From sequence record MF158045: a stretch of DNA of 64,000 nt. The stretch is one strand, 5' to 3'. Every line of letters starts with the position of its first letter. The first letter of the stretch is position 1. A program made the translations under genes and the position numbers. The notes below the pieces were generated by a model. It was not told where the DNA came from. It saw only the letters and a list, made by a program, of their open reading frames with translations, and did not search any database. The DNA is from Shigella phage Sf22. Positions 32,842 to 42,745 of the stretch are shown here, in pieces.

Positions 32842-33957
32842 ATGGAAAAATTTATGGCAGAGTTTGGACAAGGATATGTCCAAACGCCATTTTTATCGGA
32901 AAGTAATTCAGTAAGATACAAAATAAGTATAGCGGGTTCTTGCCCGCTTTCTACAGCAGGACCATACGTTAAATTTCAGGATAATCCTGTAGGAAGTCAA
33001 ACATTTAGCGCAGGTCTTCATTTAAGAGTTTTTGACCCTTCCACCGGAGCATTAGTTGATAGTAAGTCATATGCTTTTTCGACTTCAAATGATACTACAT
33101 CAGCTGCTTTTGTTAGCTTCATGAATTCTTTGACAAATAATAGAATTGTTGCTATATTAACTAGTGGAAAGGTTAATTTTCCTCCTGAAGTAGTATCTTG
33201 GTTAAGAACCGCCGGAACGTCTGCTTTTCCATCTGATTCTATATTGTCAAGATTCGACGTATCATATGCTGCTTTTTACACTTCTTCTAAACGAGCTATT
33301 GCATTAGAACATGTTAAACTAAGTAATAGAAAAAGCACAGATGATTATCAAACTATTTTAGATGTAGTATTTGACAGTTTAGAAGATGTCGGAGCTACCG
33401 GGTTTCCAAGAAGAACGTATGAAAGCGTTGAGCAATTCATGTCAGCGGTTGGTGGAACTAATAACGAAATTGCGCGTCTACCAACTTCAGCTGCTATAAG
33501 TAAATTATCTGATTATAATTTAATTCCTGGAGATGTTCTTTATCTTAAAGCACAACTATATGCTGATGCTGATTTACTTGCTCTTGGAACTACGAATATA
33601 TCCATTCGATTTTATAATGCATCAAATGGATATATTTCCTCAACACAGGCTGAATTTACCGGGCAAGCTGGGTCATGGGAATTAAAGGAAGATTATGTAG
33701 TTGTTCCAGAAAACGCAGTAGGATTTACGATATACGCGCAGAGAACTGCTAAAGCTGGTCAAGGCGGAATGAGAAATTTAAGCTTTTCTGAAGTATCAAG
33801 AAACGGCGGTATTTCAAAACCTGCTGAATTTGGCGTCAATGGTATTCGTGTTAATTATATCTGTGAATCTGCTTCACCTCCGGATATAATGGTACTTCCT
33901 ACGCAAGCATCGTCTAAAACTGGTAAAGTGTTTGGACAAGAATTTAGAGAAGTATAA
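32842..33957 (+). CDS. 35: Long tail fibre hinge/knee connector
   Basis: 371 aa; position between 34 and 36. Confidence 0.9.
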   Translation: MEKFMAEFGQGYVQTPFLSESNSVRYKISIAGSCPLSTAGPYVKFQDNPVGSQTFSAGLHLRVFDPSTGALVDSKSYAFSTSNDTTSAAFVSFMNSLTNNRIVAILTSGKVNFPPEVVSWLRTAGTSAFPSDSILSRFDVSYAAFYTSSKRAIALEHVKLSNRKSTDDYQTILDVVFDSLEDVGATGFPRRTYESVEQFMSAVGGTNNEIARLPTSAAISKLSDYNLIPGDVLYLKAQLYADADLLALGTTNISIRFYNASNGYISSTQAEFTGQAGSWELKEDYVVVPENAVGFTIYAQRTAKAGQGGMRNLSFSEVSRNGGISKPAEFGVNGIRVNYICESASPPDIMVLPTQASSKTGKVFGQEFREV

Positions 33958-33960
33958 ATT

Positions 33961-33986
33961 GAGGGAGCCTTCGGGTTCCCTTTTTC
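33961..33986 (+). terminator. Rho-independent terminator after gene 35
   Basis: GGGAGCC-TTCG-GGTTCCC stem followed by TTTTTC. Confidence 0.55.
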
Positions 33987-33988
33987 TA

Positions 33989-33996
33989 TATAAATA
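33989..33996 (+). promoter_or_regulatory. Late promoter (TATAAATA) for gene 36
   Basis: Exact TATAAATA ~25 nt upstream of the gene 36 ATG. Confidence 0.6.
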
Positions 33997-34019
33997 CTAT
34001 TAAAATAAAGGGGCATACA

Positions 34020-34679
34020 ATGGCTGATTTAAAAGTAGGTTCAACAACTGGAGGCTCTGTCATTTGGCATCAAGGAAATTTTCCATTGAATCCAGCCGGT
34101 GACGATGTACTCTATAAATCATTTAAAATATATTCAGAATATAATAAACCACAAGCTGCTGATAACGATTTCGTTTCTAAAGCTAATGGTGGTACTTATT
34201 TAAATAAAGTAATTTTTAATAAAGGAATGACTGTTCCTGGCGCAGGGTCAGGTGACAATGGTATTTTTGCTGGTCCTGGTGATAATGCCACGTATGATAC
34301 TACAAATATGGATATTGTTTCGTGGTATGGTATTGGTTTTAAATCATCACAAGGATCAGCAGCCAGAACTGTGGTAATTAATACACGTAATGGCGATATT
34401 AGTACAAAAGGCGTTGTGTCGGCAACTGGTCAAGTAAGAAGTGATGCGGCTGCTCCTATAGCAGCGAATGACCTTACTAGAAAGGACTATGTTGATGGAG
34501 CAATAAATACTGTTACGGCAAATGCAAACTCTAGAGTGTTGCGTTCTGGCGACACTATGACAGGTAATTTAACGGCGCCAAACTTTTTCTCACAGAATCC
34601 AGCATCTCAACCTTCACATGTTCCACGATTTGACCAAATCGTGATTAAGGATTCTGTTCAAGATTTCGGCTATTATTAA
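34020..34679 (+). CDS. 36: Long tail fibre distal connector
   Basis: 219 aa; synteny. Confidence 0.9.
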   Translation: MADLKVGSTTGGSVIWHQGNFPLNPAGDDVLYKSFKIYSEYNKPQAADNDFVSKANGGTYLNKVIFNKGMTVPGAGSGDNGIFAGPGDNATYDTTNMDIVSWYGIGFKSSQGSAARTVVINTRNGDISTKGVVSATGQVRSDAAAPIAANDLTRKDYVDGAINTVTANANSRVLRSGDTMTGNLTAPNFFSQNPASQPSHVPRFDQIVIKDSVQDFGYY

Positions 34680-34687
34680 GAGGACTT

Positions 34688-37600
34688 ATGGCTACTTTAA
34701 AACAAATACAATTTAAAAGAAGCAAAACCGCAGGAGCACGTCCTGCTGCTTCAGTATTAGCCGAAGGTGAATTGGCTATAAACTTAAAAGATAGAACAAT
34801 TTTTACTAAAGATGATTCAGGAAATATCATTGATCTAGGTATTGCTAAAGGCGGTCAAATTGATGGAAATGTAACTATTGATGGAACTTTACGCGTCAAT
34901 GGACCAATAAACAACTTTGGAAATTTTTCTACAAGTGGTACTATTACGGCAAGTAATATTGTTTCTGCTACAGTATTCAGATCAACATCCGGTTCATTTT
35001 ATACAAGAGCAATAAATGATACTGCAAATGCCCATCTTTGGTTTGAAAATACGAATGGATCGGAGAGAGGGGTTTTATATTCAAAACCACAGTCTGAAAA
35101 TGAAGGCGTAATTACAATGCGCGTTCGCCAAGGAACCGCAGCAGGGGCTCAAAATTCAGAATTTCATTTCATTTCTACTGATGGCGGTATCTTCCAGGCA
35201 CGCAAATTAACTGCTTTAACTTCTATTAGTACACCAACTATTAGTGTTAATTTAATTAATCATGATTCTAAAGCCTTTGGACAATACGATTCACAATCAT
35301 TAGTTCAGTATGTTTATCCTGGAACCGGTGAAACAAATGGTGTAAACTATCTTCGTAAAGTTCGAGCTAAATCAGGTGGAACTATTTACCATGAAATTTG
35401 TACAGCTCAGACTGGGCTAGCTGATGAAGTTTCTTGGTGGACTGGTAATATACCGTTATTTAAACTATACGGTATTCGTAACGACGGTAGAATGATTATT
35501 CGCAATAGCTTGGCCATTGGTACTGTGACGGAAGGGTTTCCGTCAAGCGATTATGGAAATACTGGGGTAATGGGAGATAGGTATTTAGCTCTTGGCGATA
35601 ATGCTTCTGGACTTAAATGGGTTCGTACTGGCGTTATTGACTTAATGGCTAACGGTATTTCTGCGGCGTCTATTATTAATAATGGTATTAACAGTACTAA
35701 AAAATTAATGGTTGGTTATAGTCGAGATTCTGGTTCTACTTGGGATTTCCCAAATAACAACCAAGCAATGTTTACTGCGCGTACCGATGTTGATGGTAAT
35801 AATAACGGTGATGGTCAAACTCATATCGGTTATAGCAGTAATTCTAAAATGTATCACTATTTCCGTGGTACAGGTCGTATGTCCGTTAGTATGGGCGATG
35901 GACTTCTTGTTGAGCCTGGCATTTTAGATATTAAAACTGGTTCAAATTCATTAAATTTGCGTGCTGATGGTACTGTTGCATCTACTCAAGAAGTTAAGCT
36001 TAATAATGGGTTATTCTTTAATAGTAGTTCTTCTAACGCCGGTCTTAAATTTGGCGCTTCTTCTTCTATAAATGGAACTAAGACAATACAATGGAACGCA
36101 GGCACCCGCCCGGGTCAGAACAAAAGCTATGTGACCATGAAAGCATGGGGCAATGCATTTGAGGATAATACTAATAAAAACAGAGAAACTGTATTTGAAT
36201 TAGGCGATGGACAGGGTTGGCATTTTTATTCACAGCGCGTTGCTCCTGCAGCAGGTTCTACTGCCGGTTCTGTTGAATTTGCGATGGCCGGTAGTTTATT
36301 AACTTCTGGTTCTATTACAACAAGATCTTCCCTGAATGCTGATAATGGATTGTCTGTAAATGGACAAGCTAAATTTGGTGGAACGGCTGATGTATTAAGA
36401 ATTTGGAATGCTGAATACGGTGCTATTTTCCGTCGCTCAGAAAGTAATCTTTATATTATACCGACTCCTAAAGATGCTGGAGAATCGGGCGGTATAAGTA
36501 ATCTTAGACCATTGATAATAGAACTGAACACTGGCACAGTTAAAATGTCGCATGATGTTCATTTAGGAGATTCTGGATCTGGTACAGGACTTTTACAAGT
36601 AAGTAATAGTCTTAAAACTATTAAAATGATATGTCCAGTAACTATTAATGAACGCAATGCAGCGCTTACCCTGGATTCTCCTTCATCTTCTTCTGCTAAT
36701 TATTTACAGGGTTCTAAAGCTGGAACTAGATCATGGTACGTTGGTCTTGGCGGCGCTGGAAATGATTTATCTCTTTATAGCCAATCTTATGGACATGGTC
36801 TTGTTATAAGTGATAATTTCACGTCAATCACTAAGCCTCTTAAAGTCGGCAATGCCCAATTAGGAACTGACGGTAATATTACCAATGGTTCAGGAAACTT
36901 TGTCAACTTAAATACCACGTTAAATCGTAAAGTTAATTCTGGATTTATTACTTATGGAGCAACCTCTGGATGGTATAAGTTTGCAACAGTAACAATGCCA
37001 CAATCCACTTCGACGGTCTTCTTTAAAATAGTTGGAGGTTCTGGATTTAATAGCGGATTATTCACACAATGTAATATTGCTGAAATTGTTTTACGTACTA
37101 GTAATGAAAGACCTTCTGACTTAAATGCTGTATTATACACAAGAACAACTGGAATGTATAGCGCAGCATTTAGAAATATTGCAGTTAACAATGTCTCTGG
37201 AAATACATATGACATTTATGTTTATGCTGGAACATATTGTAATCAACTAGTTTGTGAATGGTCATGTACCGAAAATGCTACTGTTAGCGTTATTGGTATT
37301 AACTCATCTACCCAATCACCTGTGGATGCTCTTCCAGATACAGCAGTTGATGGGCAAGTTGCTAATGTTCTTAATAACTTGGTTGATCGTGGTAAAGTTA
37401 AGCGTTATGAAGCCGATTCTGAAATAGCTATTAATAGCCAAACCGGTATTCGTATCAGAAGCAATGCCGATAAAACTGGTTCTGTGGCTACAATGTTACG
37501 AAATGACGGTGGCAGTTTTTATATTCTGTTTACAGATAAAAATGCCACTGATGGCGCAGCAACTGTTAATGGTGATTGGAATAGTAAACGTCCTTTCGCA

Positions 37601-38377
37601 ATTAACTTAACAACCGGCGAAGTGATGATGAATAACGGCATAGCTGTTCGCAGCGCTGCTTTATTCTATAATAGCATAAACGTCAAAGATAATGGTTCTA
37701 TTAACTTTGATAAGTCCGGCGCTAACCCGAGAAACATGCGTATATTCCATGCAGGTGATGGCACTCGTGGTAATCGCATTGAAATTGCTGATGAAACAAA
37801 CTATATTGCTTACTTCCAAAAATTACCTGGTGGTCAAAATCAGGTTTCATTCAATAGTGCTACACTTTCTGGATTAACACAGTGTAATCAATTTGGTGTT
37901 AACACAACAAACGCACTTGGTGGAAACAGTATAACATTTGGTGATACTGATACTGGTATTAAGCAAAATGGCGATGGATTATTAGACATATATGCGAACA
38001 ACGTGCAAGTGTTCCGTTTCCAAAATGGTGATTTGTACTCATATAAAAATATAAATGCTCCAAACGTTTATATTCGTTCTGATATTCGTTTAAAATCTAA
38101 CTTCAAACCTATCGAAAATGCACTTGATAAAGTTGAAAAACTCAATGGTGTCATTTATGATAAAGCTGAATACATCGGTGGAGAGGCAATTGAAACTGAA
38201 GCGGGTATTGTAGCTCAAACGTTACAAGACGTTTTACCAGAAGCCGTCCGTGAAACAGAAGACAGCAAGGGTAATAAAATACTCACTGTTTCTTCTCAAG
38301 CCCAGATTGCTCTTCTGGTTGAAGCTGTGAAAACGCTTTCTTCTCGTGTAAAAGAACTTGAATCTAAACTTATGTAA
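34688..38377 (+). CDS. 37: Long tail fibre distal subunit with C-terminal intramolecular-chaperone-like domain
   Basis: 1229 aa; shares a WGN.F....TVFE.GD...HFYSQR motif with gp34; last ~105 aa (...YIRSDIRLKSNFKPIENALDKVEKLNGVIYDKAEY...) resemble a self-cleaving chaperone module. Confidence 0.9.
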   Translation: MATLKQIQFKRSKTAGARPAASVLAEGELAINLKDRTIFTKDDSGNIIDLGIAKGGQIDGNVTIDGTLRVNGPINNFGNFSTSGTITASNIVSATVFRSTSGSFYTRAINDTANAHLWFENTNGSERGVLYSKPQSENEGVITMRVRQGTAAGAQNSEFHFISTDGGIFQARKLTALTSISTPTISVNLINHDSKAFGQYDSQSLVQYVYPGTGETNGVNYLRKVRAKSGGTIYHEICTAQTGLADEVSWWTGNIPLFKLYGIRNDGRMIIRNSLAIGTVTEGFPSSDYGNTGVMGDRYLALGDNASGLKWVRTGVIDLMANGISAASIINNGINSTKKLMVGYSRDSGSTWDFPNNNQAMFTARTDVDGNNNGDGQTHIGYSSNSKMYHYFRGTGRMSVSMGDGLLVEPGILDIKTGSNSLNLRADGTVASTQEVKLNNGLFFNSSSSNAGLKFGASSSINGTKTIQWNAGTRPGQNKSYVTMKAWGNAFEDNTNKNRETVFELGDGQGWHFYSQRVAPAAGSTAGSVEFAMAGSLLTSGSITTRSSLNADNGLSVNGQAKFGGTADVLRIWNAEYGAIFRRSESNLYIIPTPKDAGESGGISNLRPLIIELNTGTVKMSHDVHLGDSGSGTGLLQVSNSLKTIKMICPVTINERNAALTLDSPSSSSANYLQGSKAGTRSWYVGLGGAGNDLSLYSQSYGHGLVISDNFTSITKPLKVGNAQLGTDGNITNGSGNFVNLNTTLNRKVNSGFITYGATSGWYKFATVTMPQSTSTVFFKIVGGSGFNSGLFTQCNIAEIVLRTSNERPSDLNAVLYTRTTGMYSAAFRNIAVNNVSGNTYDIYVYAGTYCNQLVCEWSCTENATVSVIGINSSTQSPVDALPDTAVDGQVANVLNNLVDRGKVKRYEADSEIAINSQTGIRIRSNADKTGSVATMLRNDGGSFYILFTDKNATDGAATVNGDWNSKRPFAINLTTGEVMMNNGIAVRSAALFYNSINVKDNGSINFDKSGANPRNMRIFHAGDGTRGNRIEIADETNYIAYFQKLPGGQNQVSFNSATLSGLTQCNQFGVNTTNALGGNSITFGDTDTGIKQNGDGLLDIYANNVQVFRFQNGDLYSYKNINAPNVYIRSDIRLKSNFKPIENALDKVEKLNGVIYDKAEYIGGEAIETEAGIVAQTLQDVLPEAVRETEDSKGNKILTVSSQAQIALLVEAVKTLSSRVKELESKLM

Positions 38378-38379
38378 AA

Positions 38380-38400
38380 GAGGGCTTCGGCCCTCTAAGG
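38380..38400 (+). terminator. Stem-loop AGAGGGC-TTCG-GCCCTCT after gene 37
   Basis: Perfect 7-bp stem; weak T-tract, so may be a stability element rather than a strong terminator. Confidence 0.4.
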
Positions 38401-38407
38401 ATTTTTA

Positions 38408-39202
38408 ATGGCAATTGTAGGTGTTCCTGGCTGGATTGGTGAATCTGCCGTGAATGAAACTGGACAGCGTTGGATGGATGCTGCGATGAGAGCAGTTCGT
38501 GTTTCAGTTCCTGGTTGGATGAGCTCAATGGCTGGGCAATCTAAAGAAGTATATTATAGCATTGGTGCTAGCAATTCTTACAATAAAGACACACTAATAA
38601 ATTATCTCAAATCTCAAGGTAGTACTCCTGTTGTTGTTACTATTACTGGTAACCTAGTTTCTTCATCTGCAAGGCAACCTTGCTTAGATTTTCCTAGCTC
38701 ATTAACTAATGCTTATGTAACGCTTATTATAAATGGCGGTGTAACAGTATATGGTCGCGGAGGACGCGGCGCGCAAGCGGGAAACCAGGCGGGTGAAGCT
38801 GGTGGTACTGCAATTAACAATGGTATAGGTACTCGTCTACGAATCACTAACAATGGAGCAATCGCTGGCGGTGGTGGTGGTGGCGGCGCCCAATCAACTG
38901 ATAATGGATGGGGAGGTAAATATGTTTCTGGCGGCGGCGGCGGACGTCCTTTCGGAGCTGGTGGTAATAATGGAGCAAAAGCTCCGGGTGCATCAGCATC
39001 TTTAACATCTCCAGGCGCAGGTGGAAAAATGTATTCCGGCGTTGGATACTACGGTGGTGACGGTGGTAATGTTGGTGAACGAGGTAAGGATGCGGTTAGA
39101 TTGAACGGCTATTCGAACTCACCTGGCGCAGCAGGTAAAGCTGTTACTGGTAACGCACCAACATGGACTAAGGTTGGTACAATATATGGTTCAAGAGTAT
39201 AA
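38408..39202 (+). CDS. 38: Receptor-recognising adhesin (T2-type gp38) with glycine-rich motifs
   Basis: 264 aa; several poly-Gly blocks (GGGGGGG, GGGGG) separating variable segments; position after 37. Confidence 0.85.
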   Translation: MAIVGVPGWIGESAVNETGQRWMDAAMRAVRVSVPGWMSSMAGQSKEVYYSIGASNSYNKDTLINYLKSQGSTPVVVTITGNLVSSSARQPCLDFPSSLTNAYVTLIINGGVTVYGRGGRGAQAGNQAGEAGGTAINNGIGTRLRITNNGAIAGGGGGGGAQSTDNGWGGKYVSGGGGGRPFGAGGNNGAKAPGASASLTSPGAGGKMYSGVGYYGGDGGNVGERGKDAVRLNGYSNSPGAAGKAVTGNAPTWTKVGTIYGSRV

Positions 39203-39234
39203 TTTTTGAATAAATATCCTTAAAAGGAGGGTCT

Positions 39235-39891
39235 ATGGCAGCACCTAGAATATCATTTTCGCCCTCTGATATTCTATTTGGTGTTCTAGATCGCTTGTTC
39301 AAAGATAACGCTACCGGGAAAGTTCTTGCTTCCCGGGTAGCTGTCGTAATTCTTTTATTTATGATGGCGATTGTTTGGTATAGGGGAGATAGTTTCTTTG
39401 AGTACTATAAGCAATCAAAGTATGAAACATACAGTGAAATTATTGAAAAGGAAAGAAATGCACGCTTTGAATCTGTCGCCCTGGAACAACTCCAGATAGT
39501 TCATATATCATCTGAGGCAGACTTTAGTGCGGTGTATTCTTTCCGCCCTAAAAACTTAAACTATTTTGTTGATATTATAGCATACGAAGGAAGATTACCT
39601 TCAACAATAACTGAAAAATCACTTGGAGGATATCCTGTTGATAAAACTATGGATGAATATACAGTTCATTTAAATGGACGTCATTATTATTCTGACTCAA
39701 AATTTGCTTTTTTACCAACTAAAAAGCCTACTCCCGAAATAAACTACATGTACAGTTGTCCATATTTTAATTTGGATAATATCTATGCTGGAACGATAAC
39801 AATGTACTGGTATAGAAATGATCATATAAGTAATGACCGCCTTGAATCAATATGTGCCCAGGCGGCCAGAATATTAGGAAGGGCTAAATAA
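39235..39891 (+). CDS. t: Holin
   Basis: 218 aa, MAAPRISFSPSDILFGVLDRLFKDNATGKVLASRVAVVILLFMMAIVWYRGDSF... matches recalled T4 holin T. Confidence 0.95.
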   Translation: MAAPRISFSPSDILFGVLDRLFKDNATGKVLASRVAVVILLFMMAIVWYRGDSFFEYYKQSKYETYSEIIEKERNARFESVALEQLQIVHISSEADFSAVYSFRPKNLNYFVDIIAYEGRLPSTITEKSLGGYPVDKTMDEYTVHLNGRHYYSDSKFAFLPTKKPTPEINYMYSCPYFNLDNIYAGTITMYWYRNDHISNDRLESICAQAARILGRAK

Positions 39892-40164
39892 TTATTTGTT
39901 CGTATACATCTCTAGATATCGATATACACCCTCAAAACCCTCGTTGAATTCGTCGATGAGGGTTTTCTTATCTTCTTGAGTTAATTCAGAAACAATTTTA
40001 CGGAATGAATTCTGATTTAATTTTCTACCTTCATGCGTTACTCCAATCTCATTCAGAAATGCAATAAAATTAGCACGATTCTCAACAATATCTTCTCTGG
40101 AAAATTTAATCAAAATAGACGCAACAGTAATAATTTCACGAACTGTATCAATGTTTTTATTCAT
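39892..40164 (-). CDS. asiA: Anti-sigma70 factor
   Basis: 90 aa, MNKNIDTVREIITVASILIKFSREDIVENRANFIAFLNEIGVTHEGRKLNQNSF... matches recalled T4 AsiA. Confidence 0.93.
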   Translation of the reverse strand: MNKNIDTVREIITVASILIKFSREDIVENRANFIAFLNEIGVTHEGRKLNQNSFRKIVSELTQEDKKTLIDEFNEGFEGVYRYLEMYTNK

Positions 40165-40325
40165 TAACTATACCACTCAATTAGTTGACTTTGTTATAAT
40201 ATCATCAGACGCTTGATTTGTAAACTGGTCTGTGTTATTTTCTTCAAAAATTTTTTCTACGAATTCTTTGAACGACTCACGTTCCTGAGCTACATTATGC
40301 TCAATTACCATTTCAAGATTATGAC

Positions 40326-40604
40326 TCATTCGAAATAATCTTCAATTTCGTAATCATGGACATAAATCATTATAGTTTTTAATACATCATCGATACTTTT
40401 TCCTGGAGCTGGAATTACGTAAAAATATCCTGCTTTTGAGAGGTCTTTATAAGTTCCAATCAAGAAATCATTATTCTCGAGATGTAGTTCTTCAACTAAT
40501 TCATTGACAATTGAGTGGTATAAATTTGGTAGAAACTTATATAGCTTTTCTAGAATATCAATTTTGATTGTATATTGAACCACGGATTGAGAATCAATAA
40601 TCAT
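40326..40604 (-). CDS. arn: Anti-restriction protein (inhibitor of McrBC)
   Basis: 92 aa acidic protein at the T4 arn position. Confidence 0.8.
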   Translation of the reverse strand: MIIDSQSVVQYTIKIDILEKLYKFLPNLYHSIVNELVEELHLENNDFLIGTYKDLSKAGYFYVIPAPGKSIDDVLKTIMIYVHDYEIEDYFE

Positions 40605-40687
40605 AGACCTTCCCCTTATGTTTCTGTTTGCGATTAGATTCTTTAAACGCTTTCTTCTTATCCTTATGAACAGAAGCTTTATTAAAA

Positions 40688-40906
40688 TTATGTTTTGCGA
40701 CTAAATTGTTCATAGTGCTGAATTACCTCTCTTAAACATTTGCGTGTGAATGAAAACTTTTTAGCTACACCACATTCAAATATATGTTCTCTTAAATCAC
40801 GTGTATCGGTATATCCCATCTCAACAATAAAATGCCGTATTAAATTTTTATCTTTATCATTGAGAGAATTAAAATAGTCAGATTTTGAATTAATTTCCCT
40901 GGCCAA
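40688..40906 (-). CDS. Hypothetical protein (72 aa)
   Basis: ORF track. Confidence 0.45.
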   Translation of the reverse strand: MAREINSKSDYFNSLNDKDKNLIRHFIVEMGYTDTRDLREHIFECGVAKKFSFTRKCLREVIQHYEQFSRKT

Positions 40907-41186
40907 ATTGAATCACCTTCAGTTGACGTTTTAATTCTTTTATCATTTCTTCGTTCATCGCAATATAAAGATCGCGTAAAGCAGGTTTTAGCATTCCATT
41001 TATTGGAGAACTAAATGGACATACATAATCTTTTCCTACGAGCTTTTTGGTGAATTCCATATTACAGAACTTAAATCCCGGTTCATTGGCATAAATTCCC
41101 CAATTAGTTGACATCATTTTATTGGCATATTCCAATGCCTGGATTTGATTCATAATTCCATCAATTTGAAACTTTTTAATATTCAT
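40890..41186 (-). CDS. Hypothetical protein (98 aa)
   Basis: ORF track. Confidence 0.5.
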   Translation of the reverse strand: MNIKKFQIDGIMNQIQALEYANKMMSTNWGIYANEPGFKFCNMEFTKKLVGKDYVCPFSSPINGMLKPALRDLYIAMNEEMIKELKRQLKVIQFGQGN

Positions 41187-41647
41187 TAGTAAAGGTCCTC
41201 AGAGTAAAGTTCTTTTTCACTACCACCGCGTTCAATACGTACTTGTCCGGCGTAAGTTGCAATAATCATTGCTTCTTCACGTGTCCAATAATTACTATAT
41301 TGGTCAATAAACCCTTGGTCATCATCACAAACTTGCTGAGTAACTAATTGAGGTTTAACTACATCTAAAACTTCTGCCATATCTTTAGAATAATGACGAG
41401 CACCTGGAATAATAAGAGTTCGTCCATCTTTTAATTTAAAACGGTTGGCTGCGCAAACAATTCGTCGTTGATATTTTTGATTTTCGTCCCAATATGCAGA
41501 CTGCCAACAGATTTCAGGAACTTCTTTCAGAATATCTTCTTCTGTGCATTTATAACCATGCGCTTTAAATTTTTCAACAAGACTTTCTGGAGTCTCACGA
41601 GATAAAGGAACATTCAACATTTTTAAACGATTAATAAATGGGTTCAT
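41186..41647 (-). CDS. Hypothetical protein (153 aa)
   Basis: ORF track. Confidence 0.5.
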   Translation of the reverse strand: MNPFINRLKMLNVPLSRETPESLVEKFKAHGYKCTEEDILKEVPEICWQSAYWDENQKYQRRIVCAANRFKLKDGRTLIIPGARHYSKDMAEVLDVVKPQLVTQQVCDDDQGFIDQYSNYWTREEAMIIATYAGQVRIERGGSEKELYSEDLY

Positions 41648-41973
41648 TTAAACCATCCTTTAATACGCTGCCACAAAGTTTTCTGTTGAGCTTTGTTAAC
41701 ACCAATTGAGCGAATAACTGGTTGAGATTCCTGGAATTCTTTATAATCAGCAAGGTAAATTTCATAAGCCGCTTGAACAAAAGTACTGATCGCTGCCATA
41801 AAGTTCTTGCGAATTCCCATAGAGGCTTCAGAACCGCCACGGATGATTAAATATTTACCAGTCTTAATCTTTACGATACTTCCAAGATAAGCTCCATGGT
41901 ACCAGATATCCCAACCCTCTTGAGTAGGTTCTGCACAACGACGAAGTTCATTGATAATTTCTAACTTGTTCAT
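41644..41973 (-). CDS. Hypothetical protein (109 aa)
   Basis: ORF track. Confidence 0.5.
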   Translation of the reverse strand: MNKLEIINELRRCAEPTQEGWDIWYHGAYLGSIVKIKTGKYLIIRGGSEASMGIRKNFMAAISTFVQAAYEIYLADYKEFQESQPVIRSIGVNKAQQKTLWQRIKGWFK

Positions 41974-41983
41974 TATTTATTCC

Positions 41984-42619
41984 TCACAGTTCAGATGCTA
42001 CAGTGATTACAGCTTCAATGTTTTCTGCTGAACGTTTAATGTCAAGATACACATTACCGTTTTTAGCGATTTTACATGACATTCCGATATCAGTAAATTT
42101 CTGAATATGATGTTCCATCATTTTGTATCCAAAAATTCGCATATTTCCATTATTGTTAATTTCAAAATTACGAATTCCGTGAGTGCGTTTTTCTAAAATA
42201 GCGAGATAGTTACTGCGATAAGTTTCAACCTTTTTAAGAACAAATCCATTTTCATCTAAAAGTTTTAACATGAAGTCTTTATCTTCTTCCATATCAGAAG
42301 TAATCTCACGAGATTTACGAGTTGCTCGTTTTTTCAGCAGTTCCGGAGCATTTTCCTGTGCGTATAAAGTTGCTGCGTTTGAAATAATATCCTGAGCTTC
42401 ACCAGTAATGATTAATCCATCACCAGATTTCTCTACCAGGCCCTTTTTAATCAATACACCAATATTACTATTAACTACTGCGTTACCTAAATCTGGATGC
42501 ACCTCACGAACTTCTGCAGCTGTAATGAAATCTTTCTTAGCAATAGTAATTAAAATCGCAGCAGTTTTTTCATTCAGAACATCGTTAGAAGCTTTGATGA
42601 TGTAAGTTACTTTAGACAT
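41984..42619 (-). CDS. motA: Middle-transcription activator
   Basis: 211 aa, MSKVTYIIKASNDVLNEKTAAILITIAKKDFITAAEVREVHPDLGNAVVNS... matches recalled T4 MotA. Confidence 0.93.
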   Translation of the reverse strand: MSKVTYIIKASNDVLNEKTAAILITIAKKDFITAAEVREVHPDLGNAVVNSNIGVLIKKGLVEKSGDGLIITGEAQDIISNAATLYAQENAPELLKKRATRKSREITSDMEEDKDFMLKLLDENGFVLKKVETYRSNYLAILEKRTHGIRNFEINNNGNMRIFGYKMMEHHIQKFTDIGMSCKIAKNGNVYLDIKRSAENIEAVITVASEL

Positions 42620-42656
42620 TTTCTAATCTCCGTAATTCTGTATCAGTAGTTGATAG

Positions 42657-42689
42657 TTGTATAGTACCACAGTATGCTTTGGTTGTAAA
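42657..42689 (-). promoter_or_regulatory. Early promoter for motA (GTTTAC -35, TG-extended TACTAT -10, AT-rich UP element)
   Basis: Minus strand AAAATTTTTTTCACAAAACGGTTTAC-N18-TACTATAC then leader CAACTACTGATACAG...GGAG...ATG. Confidence 0.5.
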
Positions 42690-42700
42690 CCGTTTTGTGA

Positions 42701-42730
42701 AAAAAATTTAAAATAAAAAGGGAGAGCCGA
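42701..42730 (-). terminator. Rho-independent terminator (GGGAGAGCC-GA-GGCTCTCCC + T-run)
   Basis: Perfect 9-bp stem followed by TTTTTATTTT on minus strand. Confidence 0.6.
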
Positions 42731-42745
42731 GGCTCTCCCTAAAAA

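Noticed and set aside
39198-39234. Late promoter for gene t
   Set aside because: Only AATAAATA (one mismatch to TATAAATA) is present upstream; too weak to call from sequence alone.
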